DNA of 64,000 bases, from NCBI GenBank assembly GCA_016927185.1, contig JAFGND010000035.1, positions 11,887 to 75,886 of the forward strand, written 5' to 3'. Shown here piece after piece: positions 9,624 through 17,394 of the stretch. The translations under genes were made by a program, and so were the position numbers. The notes beneath the pieces are model-generated. The model saw only the letters and a list, made by a program, of their open reading frames with translations. It was not told the origin of the DNA and did no database searches. The DNA comes from Candidatus Coatesbacteria bacterium (GTDB taxonomy: Bacteria; JAFGND01). Position 1 is the first letter of the stretch. Each line of letters begins with the position of its first letter.

Positions 9624-11672
9624 TTGATTGTTACCTTGATAATCATATTACTGTTTTTTAGTTATAATAACTTGTTCGCATATGTAGGACCTGGAGCCGG
9701 TTTTGCGTTTGTTGGCAGTTTTTTCATATTATTTATAAGTCTTTTTATTGCATTTCTTGCTTTATTATCTTTGCCATTGAGACTTCTATTTAAGAGGATT
9801 TTTGGAAAGCGATTGGTAAAAAAACCAAGATTCAAGAAGATAATAATAATAGGTTTTGATGGTATGGACTATGGCTTGACAAGTGACTGGATTGAAAAGG
9901 GATATCTTCCTCACCTCAAAGAAATAGCTGATAAAGGGAGTTATCTTCCACTCAGGACAACAACTCCTTCCATCAGTCCTGTCGCATGGTCATCGTTTCA
10001 GACTGGAGTACATCCAGCAAAGCACAATATATTCGATTTCTTGGCAAGAAATCCTCAGAAATACGAGATTGATTTATCATCTGCAAGAGTTTTCAGTCCT
10101 TCGAAACACTTTAAAATAGGGAAGTATAGAATCCCCAGGAATAAAGGTGGAGTAAGATTACTGAGAGGTTCCAAACCATTCTGGATTTATCTGGGAGAAC
10201 ATGGAATATTAAGCCAGATTATAAGAGTTCCAATTACATTTCCTCCAGAATCTTTTGCTGGAATGTCTCTTTCAGCAATGTGTACTCCTGATATTTTGGG
10301 GACACAGGGAACATTCTATTATTGTTTTGAAGAAGAAGAAGGATTAGAATATGGGAGATCGCTTAGAGTAAGAAGGGATAATAACAAGGTTTCTTTCTTG
10401 CTGGAAGGGCCTCAGAATCCTTTTTCTGATAACGGAGATATCCTGAAAGTCCCAGTAAGTCTGATTCTTGGAACGAAGAATGCTGATATGCATATCAACG
10501 GAGTCTCATATAAACTTGAAATCAATAAGTATTCTGAATGGATAAGAATTAATTTCAAGATGCCTTTTGGAAAGAAATTTTCAGGTATTGCTCTTTTTTA
10601 CTTGATTTCAGTAAAGCCATTCAAGATGTATATTTCTCCAATTCAGATTGATCCTGAAAATCCTGTTTTACCTATATCTGCCCCATTGTACTATTCTAGC
10701 TATATAGCCAAGAAGAATGGTCTTTTTTCAACGCTAGGATTAGCAGAAGACACATGGGGATTAGAGAGTGGCATTTTGACTGAAGAAGCATTCTGTAATC
10801 AAGTCCAGATAATTCATGAAGAGAGAAAGAAGATGTTCTTTGACGCTCTTGATAAGAAACATGATGGACTGGTTTGTTGCGTATTTGATTTTACTGACAG
10901 ATTACAGCATACTTTCTTCAGATATATTGATGAATCGCATCCTCAATTCAGGGAAAGCAAAATCAATGTAATACTTGAATCCTATAAAGAAGCCGATAAA
11001 ATAGTTGGAAATGTCATAAAGCATGAGAATAAAGACACTCTCATCATGATAATTTCCGATCATGGATTCAAGAGTTTCAGAAGATGTGTTGATATAAACA
11101 GATGGTTATCTGATCAAGGATACCTGGTTTTGAAAGAAGCTGAAAGCAAGAGTGAATATCTGCAAAATATTGACTGGGAAAAAACAAGAGCGTATGCATT
11201 TGGATTATCAGGTTTATATATAAATCTCGAAGGAAGAGAAGGAAAGGGGACAGTAAAAAAAGAAGAATATTACATATTGAGACAGGAAATAAAAAACAAA
11301 CTTGAGAAACTTATGGATAAAGAGAAAGAGTGTTACGCAATAAAAGAAGCTATACTGCCAGATGATATTTACAAAGGTCCTTACATTAAGAATGCTCCGG
11401 ACATTATTATTGGATACAATGAAGGATATAGAATAAGCTGGACTTCTGTTGTAGGGGGAATTGGCAAGAAAGTATTTGAAGATAATAACAAATATTGGTC
11501 TGGGGATCATTCAATTCATCCTGCCCTTGTAGACGGGGTATTTTTTTCAAGTAATGAATTGAATGCAGAGACAATTAAAATGATAGATATAGCTCCTATA
11601 ATCCTTGATTTATGGGGTATTAAAATACCTGATTATATGGATGGAGAAGTGCTAAGTTTTAAGGAGAAATGA
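9624..11672 (+). CDS. Membrane-anchored alkaline-phosphatase-superfamily enzyme (type I phosphodiesterase / nucleotide pyrophosphatase-like)
   Basis: Two N-terminal TM helices, then IIIGFDGMDYG ... TTPSISPVAWSSFQTG ... IISDHGF, which are typical metal-binding motifs of the AP / phosphodiesterase fold. Confidence 0.55.
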   Translation: MIVTLIIILLFFSYNNLFAYVGPGAGFAFVGSFFILFISLFIAFLALLSLPLRLLFKRIFGKRLVKKPRFKKIIIIGFDGMDYGLTSDWIEKGYLPHLKEIADKGSYLPLRTTTPSISPVAWSSFQTGVHPAKHNIFDFLARNPQKYEIDLSSARVFSPSKHFKIGKYRIPRNKGGVRLLRGSKPFWIYLGEHGILSQIIRVPITFPPESFAGMSLSAMCTPDILGTQGTFYYCFEEEEGLEYGRSLRVRRDNNKVSFLLEGPQNPFSDNGDILKVPVSLILGTKNADMHINGVSYKLEINKYSEWIRINFKMPFGKKFSGIALFYLISVKPFKMYISPIQIDPENPVLPISAPLYYSSYIAKKNGLFSTLGLAEDTWGLESGILTEEAFCNQVQIIHEERKKMFFDALDKKHDGLVCCVFDFTDRLQHTFFRYIDESHPQFRESKINVILESYKEADKIVGNVIKHENKDTLIMIISDHGFKSFRRCVDINRWLSDQGYLVLKEAESKSEYLQNIDWEKTRAYAFGLSGLYINLEGREGKGTVKKEEYYILRQEIKNKLEKLMDKEKECYAIKEAILPDDIYKGPYIKNAPDIIIGYNEGYRISWTSVVGGIGKKVFEDNNKYWSGDHSIHPALVDGVFFSSNELNAETIKMIDIAPIILDLWGIKIPDYMDGEVLSFKEK

Positions 11673-13087
11673 TGAATTGCCTTCTCGTTTTATTGTTGTC
11701 TTCTTTCCTTATTAATGAAACAGAATGGTCACCATTAATAGATATCAGCCAGGGATGGTTCGAAAACTCATTACCAACAGCAATATCTGCTAATTCTGAC
11801 ACAGTATGGACTTTTTTTCAGGAGATGTATAATGTACAGTCTTCTGGTGATGTTTTTGGAATTACTTATACTGTTGAAGATGTTTTAGGACAAAAACAGA
11901 ATATAAGCAGGAAGGAAGATAGGTATAATGGACATGCAATAGGTTGTATTGATGATTTAAACAGGATATGGGTTGTATGGAATGAGAATTACAATTATAT
12001 GACTTCTATCCATGGAAAATATAGAGATGGAGGAAACTGGAGTAGTGACATAAAAATCTCAGGAGATAATATAAAATGCTGGTGGCCTTATGCACAGATA
12101 GATTCCACGAAAAGACTTAATATAATCTACTGTAACGATTTTTCCAGTACAATCCAGAATATAGTACTTGTAACATATAAATCCACAGAAGGTTTTAGTA
12201 ATCCTTTGTTCATATCAAATGAATCATATTATGATCATGATCCTTCATTGACACCAGGTAATAATGGAAAAGTAATGATAGCATGGGAAAGGCATTTTGA
12301 TTCTGATAATTGCAAAATTTTGTACTCTATAGGTGAAAAGGAAGCTTTCTCTATACCCGACACGATAGCAGAAGCTCCTTCCGGAATAAAAGATTGTGAG
12401 GTTGATATAAGTTATTACAAGGGAAGATATCATGCTTTCTGGACAAGAATGAATAATGCAGGTGAACAATATTTGCTATGGAGTAATCTGGATCCCCAGA
12501 CAGCCAAATGGACAAATCCCCAGAGAATTGATGATGGCTACAAGGAACAGAGAGCAAAATCACTAAACAGTTCATATTCTGGAAGGCTTTATGTTGCTTA
12601 TACAATTATTGAAAATGACAGGGCTTATAGAAGAATTGCAGTTAAATATTATGATGGAGAACAATGGTCTAACAGAGAATTTTTGACTGAAGAAGATAAA
12701 ACTTGTGATCATGTATATTTAACTAATTGGGGAAATTCAATATGGGCAGTATTCTGTCATCTTGAAAATAATAATAGCAGGATTTATGCAAGATATCTCA
12801 AGCAGAACGCTTCTTTCAATAAAAAAAGGATAATTAAGGCTGAAAAATCCCCTTGTACAATTTTATTTGAAAATCCAGTCAGAAGAAACTCACATATTAA
12901 TCTGGAATCAGTGAATGATGGGAGAATGATAATAATTGATTTGAATGGGAAAGTAAAGGAAAGTATTTATCTTGCAAAAGGTAAATCAAGAATTAGATGC
13001 AATTTATCAAGTGGTGTTTATTATTTTGTTTTTGAAAGCTCAGGAAGTGCTATCAAGACAGTAAAAAAAGCTGTTGTTATAGAGTAG
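11669..13087 (+). CDS. Secreted BNR/Asp-box-like beta-propeller protein with a T9SS C-terminal sorting domain
   Basis: Signal peptide. Several S-x-D-x-G-x-x-W-like repeats (KYRDGGNWS, YYDGEQWS). The C-terminal ~80 aa (IIDLNGKVKESIYLAKGKSRIRCNLSSGVYYFVFESSGSAIKTVKKAVVIE) has the T9SS CTD pattern. Confidence 0.5.
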   Translation: MMNCLLVLLLSSFLINETEWSPLIDISQGWFENSLPTAISANSDTVWTFFQEMYNVQSSGDVFGITYTVEDVLGQKQNISRKEDRYNGHAIGCIDDLNRIWVVWNENYNYMTSIHGKYRDGGNWSSDIKISGDNIKCWWPYAQIDSTKRLNIIYCNDFSSTIQNIVLVTYKSTEGFSNPLFISNESYYDHDPSLTPGNNGKVMIAWERHFDSDNCKILYSIGEKEAFSIPDTIAEAPSGIKDCEVDISYYKGRYHAFWTRMNNAGEQYLLWSNLDPQTAKWTNPQRIDDGYKEQRAKSLNSSYSGRLYVAYTIIENDRAYRRIAVKYYDGEQWSNREFLTEEDKTCDHVYLTNWGNSIWAVFCHLENNNSRIYARYLKQNASFNKKRIIKAEKSPCTILFENPVRRNSHINLESVNDGRMIIIDLNGKVKESIYLAKGKSRIRCNLSSGVYYFVFESSGSAIKTVKKAVVIE

Positions 13088-13214
13088 GTTTTTCACTGAA
13101 AGCATACAACATAATCCTGAATAAAATTCATAACCATCTTCAAATTACTTGACAAATTGACGTTTAAAATTCGCAAAAGCATGAAAAATCCCAATCAGAT
13201 TTAGGGAGGTTATT

Positions 13215-14660
13215 ATGTTTTCTGATACCATCAACAAGAGTGATTTATTATTCAAGGGATTGGTAGCATCTTTTCAGGATATTGCACTGCAAGGACTAGG
13301 CAAGGTTGCAAGTCATCACAGTGGAAAGATAGAGATAAATCTTGATGAAGCTTCATATGCCATAGATACATTAACAATGCTTCAGGAAAAAACAGTTAAT
13401 AATTTAAAGGAGGAGGAAGCCAGAGAACTTAATTCCCTGATTCACTATCTCAGAATGAATTATCTTGATGTATTGAAAGAAAACCAGAAGGATTCTGGAA
13501 ATAGCAGGAATTCTGAAGATACCAAACCTAACAATACAAATAATACTGAGAAGAAAGAGAATGAAATGAAAAGAACTCCATTTTATAAATTTCATAAGGA
13601 GATGGGAGGCAAACTGGTTCCGTTTGCTGGATTTGAGATGCCAGTCCAGTATGAAGGCATAAATCAGGAGCATTTGCATGTAAGAAATAAGGTTGGTGTT
13701 TTTGATGTTTCGCATATGGGTGAATTCTATATAAAAGGGGAGGATGCAGAGAAATTTGTTTCATATATTACCTGTAACAATCCTGAAGAGCTGGGTCCCC
13801 ATGGTGTCCAATATAGCGCATTTACAATGCCTCATAGTGGTCTGGTTGATGACCTGCTTGTATATAAAAGATCAGATGGCTTTCTTCTGGTTGTAAATGC
13901 AGCTAACATAGATAAAGACTGGCAATGGGTAAACAAGCAGAAAGATGGTTTTAAGGTAGAACTGGAAAATATAAGTGATAAAACAGCACAACTTGCTATC
14001 CAGGGACCTTTAGCTGAACCATTGACTGAAAAACTTACTGGATTAAAACTAACTGAAGTTCCTTTCTATGAATCTCGGGATTTCAAGATGTATGGCGAGA
14101 ACGTACTTCTTTCAAGAACTGGTTATACGGGCGAAGATGGATTTGAACTGTATTTCTCTCCTGAAATTGCAGATAAAGTATGGAGTGATTTATTTGAGGC
14201 AGGGAAGGAGTTTAATCTGAAACCGATAGGTCTAGGTGCAAGGGATTCCCTAAGACTTGAGATGAAATACTGTCTTTATGGGCATGATATTGACGAGACA
14301 ACATCTCCACTGGAAGCTGGTCTTGGGTGGATTGTCAAGCTTGATAAAGGTGATTTCATAGGCAAGGAAGTCCTGCTGAAGCAGAAAGATGAGAAACCAA
14401 AAAGGAAGCTTGTCTGCATCACAATGCTGGATAAGGCAATTCCAAGACAGCATTACAAGATTCTGTCGGTTATCAAGGAGGATATAGGTGAGGTTACAAG
14501 TGGCATAATGTCTCCTTCGCTTAACAAAGGCATAGCACTAGGTTATGTAAAGACTGAGTATTCAAAAATCGGTAATAAGGTTTTAATAGAAATAAGGGAT
14601 AAGCATTTTGAAGCGGAAATTGTAAAACCGCCATTTTGGAAAAGTGGATCACATAAGTAA
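13215..14660 (+). CDS. gcvT: Glycine cleavage system T protein (aminomethyltransferase) with an unusual 117-aa N-terminal extension
   Basis: The GcvT core begins at M118 (13566: MKRTPFYKFHKEMGGKLVPFAGFEMPVQYEG...). The ORF is open from ATG 13215, which is preceded by a strong Shine-Dalgarno sequence (GGGAGG-5nt-ATG). Confidence 0.8.
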   Translation: MFSDTINKSDLLFKGLVASFQDIALQGLGKVASHHSGKIEINLDEASYAIDTLTMLQEKTVNNLKEEEARELNSLIHYLRMNYLDVLKENQKDSGNSRNSEDTKPNNTNNTEKKENEMKRTPFYKFHKEMGGKLVPFAGFEMPVQYEGINQEHLHVRNKVGVFDVSHMGEFYIKGEDAEKFVSYITCNNPEELGPHGVQYSAFTMPHSGLVDDLLVYKRSDGFLLVVNAANIDKDWQWVNKQKDGFKVELENISDKTAQLAIQGPLAEPLTEKLTGLKLTEVPFYESRDFKMYGENVLLSRTGYTGEDGFELYFSPEIADKVWSDLFEAGKEFNLKPIGLGARDSLRLEMKYCLYGHDIDETTSPLEAGLGWIVKLDKGDFIGKEVLLKQKDEKPKRKLVCITMLDKAIPRQHYKILSVIKEDIGEVTSGIMSPSLNKGIALGYVKTEYSKIGNKVLIEIRDKHFEAEIVKPPFWKSGSHK

Positions 14661-14671
14661 AGGAGTAAAAC

Positions 14672-15073
14672 ATGGGTTATTCGATTCCTGATAATCTTAA
14701 GTATGCAAAATCACATGAATGGGTAAAGGTTGATGGAAATATTGTCACAGTTGGAATAACTGATTATGCACAACATGAGCTTGATAGTATTCAGTTTGTC
14801 GAGTTTCCTGGAATAGGTGAGGAAATTGAAGCTGGTGAAGTACTTGGGGCTGTTGAAGCAGTCAAGGCAGCTGAAGATCTAATTTGTCCAGTTTCCGGAA
14901 AAGTAGTTGAAATAAATGAAGTACTGGAAGAAGAAGGAAGTGCAATACATAAAGATCCTTATGGAGCTGGCTGGCTTGTAAAGCTTGAATGTGATCCTTC
15001 TTTACTGGTAAAAGAGCTCAAGGAACATATGAATGCAACACAATATAAGGATTTTATTGAAAAAGAAAGCTAG
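14672..15073 (+). CDS. gcvH: Glycine cleavage system H protein (lipoyl carrier)
   Basis: Translation HEWVKVDGNIVTVGITDYAQ ... GAVEAVKAAEDLICPVSG contains the lipoyl-lysine motif. Confidence 0.85.
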   Translation: MGYSIPDNLKYAKSHEWVKVDGNIVTVGITDYAQHELDSIQFVEFPGIGEEIEAGEVLGAVEAVKAAEDLICPVSGKVVEINEVLEEEGSAIHKDPYGAGWLVKLECDPSLLVKELKEHMNATQYKDFIEKES

Positions 15074-15093
15074 GAATTAGGGAGCGATCGATA

Positions 15094-15519
15094 ATGCTGG
15101 GTTATTTATTGATCGCTCTTTCTGTTATTTCATGGGGATTATGGGGATTTACTGGGAAGCTTGCCACCAGACATAATAATGCCCTGGTAATAACTGCAAT
15201 CACAAGTATACTTTCCCCTCTTGCAAGTATCGTCTTATATATTCTTATTAAAACAAAAGGGATTGAAATAAACATTACAGGCAGATCCTTTCTACTGATT
15301 GGATTGACCGCCTTGATGGGGATATTCGGAAGTATTTTTTTCTATATGGCACTGCAGAAAACTCAGCTGTCAGTCGTCATAGCTCTTACAGCTTTATATC
15401 CAGTTATAACAGTACTTCTTGCGATAATTTTCCTGAAAGAACCGTTTCCATTCTATAAATGGATCGGTCTTTTCATAATAATAATAGGAGCTATCCTTGT
15501 AACTTGGGAACATCAATAA
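15094..15519 (+). CDS. Small EamA/DMT-superfamily membrane protein (single EamA domain, 4-5 TM)
   Basis: Hydrophobic 141-aa protein with an EamA-like profile (LYPVITVLLAIIFLKEP). Confidence 0.45.
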   Translation: MLGYLLIALSVISWGLWGFTGKLATRHNNALVITAITSILSPLASIVLYILIKTKGIEINITGRSFLLIGLTALMGIFGSIFFYMALQKTQLSVVIALTALYPVITVLLAIIFLKEPFPFYKWIGLFIIIIGAILVTWEHQ

Positions 15520-15932
15520 AGTTACGTCCTCACCACATTCTTTGTCTTCACGGCTTCAAGGGACTTGGGTATAGTGAAGATTTCATAAAACAGATGCAGG
15601 AAATATCTGACAAGATAAAAAGAGAAAGACATGTAAAAATATCTTTCATATTTGATTTAGATATCTTGTGTCATTCCTGTACAGAAGACAACAGGAAGGC
15701 ATGTCTGCAACAGAATTCGCTCTCCAGGCTAATAGATAAAAGGCTCAAGAAGAAACTGAAAGGACTTCTCAGAAGAGAAACCAGCTTGACTTTTTTTCTT
15801 GAGAAACTTTATAAAACTATATCTGCAAGAAAAATGGATTATATTTGCAGAGGTTGTGAGTGGAAAAAATTCGGATATTGCAGGGAAGGATATTTGAAGA
15901 AGAGGTTGATGCTAGAAAAGGAGATCACTTAG
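15459..15932 (+). CDS. DUF1284-like Cys-rich protein
   Basis: Contains the LRPHHILCLHGFKGLGYSEDF motif typical of DUF1284, plus CxxC pairs. The true start may be TTG 15504 rather than ATG 15459, which overlaps the upstream gene by 61 nt. Confidence 0.4.
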   Translation: MDRSFHNNNRSYPCNLGTSIKLRPHHILCLHGFKGLGYSEDFIKQMQEISDKIKRERHVKISFIFDLDILCHSCTEDNRKACLQQNSLSRLIDKRLKKKLKGLLRRETSLTFFLEKLYKTISARKMDYICRGCEWKKFGYCREGYLKKRLMLEKEIT

Positions 15933-15933
15933 A

Positions 15934-17388
15934 GTGGTGAAATTTTACATTTGTATAGTTATTTTTTTATCTTCTGATGTTTTATTTTGCTCAATATGGC
16001 CTGTCTGGAGAGGGAATACTCAAAGAAATGGTTTCATGCCTTTACCAGCTATAGATAATCCTGTTTTAAAATGGGATCGAGATCTAGGTTATAGAAAATC
16101 ATCAATAGATATTAATAAGAGGATTTACACTTATGATGATGAAAACCTATTAAATTATGACTATAATGGAAACTGTAATTGGAAAGAAAAAAGAGACACT
16201 TCCGCAGTGATTGAATTTATAATGGCGGATAGTCTATATGCTTTGAGTTATCTTAGTTATAGCGGTACTAGTTATATTTCCAAATTGCTTGTTTATAATC
16301 CTGATCATGAAATACTCTGGAAAGATGGATTTTCAGGAGAAGCATCTTATGAGCTAATGTATTTTAATACTATATTAAGGAATAGAAATATTTGGGTAGT
16401 AGGCATTGTCAATTCACAGGACTTATATGAAGAGGGAATTATTTGTGCTTACAAGGATTCAGGAGAAAAAATTTGGAGTATTTGCTTTTTTGGATGTTTT
16501 AAAACTGGTGGAAATTCTAATCTTGAATGTATGTCTATCGATAAAAATAATACTGTATATATTGCTTTATGCATTGACAGGTATTCTGAGAAAAGACTGA
16601 TTTATGCTGTAGATAATGGGAGAATTGTTTGGCAAAAGGATTATGGCGAAAATGTAGTATTATTTGATGCTCCAGTTCTTGATGATAGTAATGAAGAAAC
16701 GTATGTTTATTTGACTTATAATGAATTGGAAAATAATAAGACTCTTCTTCAATGTATAAATGGATTTAATGCGAATATTCTATGGAATTTTGAGAGAGAA
16801 TTTTGTAATGAACCTCTACCACCTGCAATAGGAAAATCAGGTAATATCTACATTCCTGATGTTACTTTTTTATCTAAAACTAACAAATTAGGTGAGAAAA
16901 TCTCTGAAAAAGTATTAGCAGATACTATTATATCACCCCCTGTAATAGATGAAGATGAGAACATATATATAGTTACGAAAGAAAAAGTTATATCATTTGA
17001 TTTGAATTTTAAAGAAAGATGGGAATTATCAATTGATGGTTTTAGGAGAGGAGTTAATATAAAGCTAGGAGAAGGTAAAACAATATTTGTTGGTAATCTC
17101 TGTTGCATCAGAGATAAAACTGGCATAGAAGTATCATATCCCAAATCCTACTCTCTACCAATAAAGATATCTCTGTCTTGTTCCCCAAATCCTTTCAGGG
17201 ATAAACTGAAGATAGATTTACAGTCGTCATCTGATGAAGATCTGAAGATTTACGATATCACCGGAAGGTTGTTGCTGAACAAGAGCTTTTCAAAAGGCAA
17301 GCACAGTTTTGTCTGGAAAGCATCTACCAGCGGAGTTTTCATAATAAAATTCGGAAAGGAAGTGAAAAAAGCTGTCAGGTTAGAATAG
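15934..17388 (+). CDS. Secreted PQQ-like beta-propeller repeat protein with a T9SS C-terminal sorting domain
   Basis: Signal peptide. PQQ/BamB-like repeats (IYAVDNGRIVWQKDYGE). C-terminal CTD KIYDITGRLLLNKSFSKGKHSFVWKASTSGVFIIKFGKEVKKAVRLE. Confidence 0.5.
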   Translation: MVKFYICIVIFLSSDVLFCSIWPVWRGNTQRNGFMPLPAIDNPVLKWDRDLGYRKSSIDINKRIYTYDDENLLNYDYNGNCNWKEKRDTSAVIEFIMADSLYALSYLSYSGTSYISKLLVYNPDHEILWKDGFSGEASYELMYFNTILRNRNIWVVGIVNSQDLYEEGIICAYKDSGEKIWSICFFGCFKTGGNSNLECMSIDKNNTVYIALCIDRYSEKRLIYAVDNGRIVWQKDYGENVVLFDAPVLDDSNEETYVYLTYNELENNKTLLQCINGFNANILWNFEREFCNEPLPPAIGKSGNIYIPDVTFLSKTNKLGEKISEKVLADTIISPPVIDEDENIYIVTKEKVISFDLNFKERWELSIDGFRRGVNIKLGEGKTIFVGNLCCIRDKTGIEVSYPKSYSLPIKISLSCSPNPFRDKLKIDLQSSSDEDLKIYDITGRLLLNKSFSKGKHSFVWKASTSGVFIIKFGKEVKKAVRLE

Positions 17389-17394
17389 ACTTAT

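Noticed and set aside
13088-13214. Expected a glycine riboswitch upstream of gcvT
   Set aside because: The 127-nt leader lacks the conserved GGAGAG...CACCG/aptamer elements and is too short for a tandem glycine aptamer. Only a TTGACA-like hexamer and a strong Shine-Dalgarno sequence are present.
13215-13565. Treating the GcvT N-terminal 117 codons as an independent small gene
   Set aside because: There is no stop codon between it and the GcvT core. The two are one continuous frame, so a separate gene cannot be called from sequence alone.
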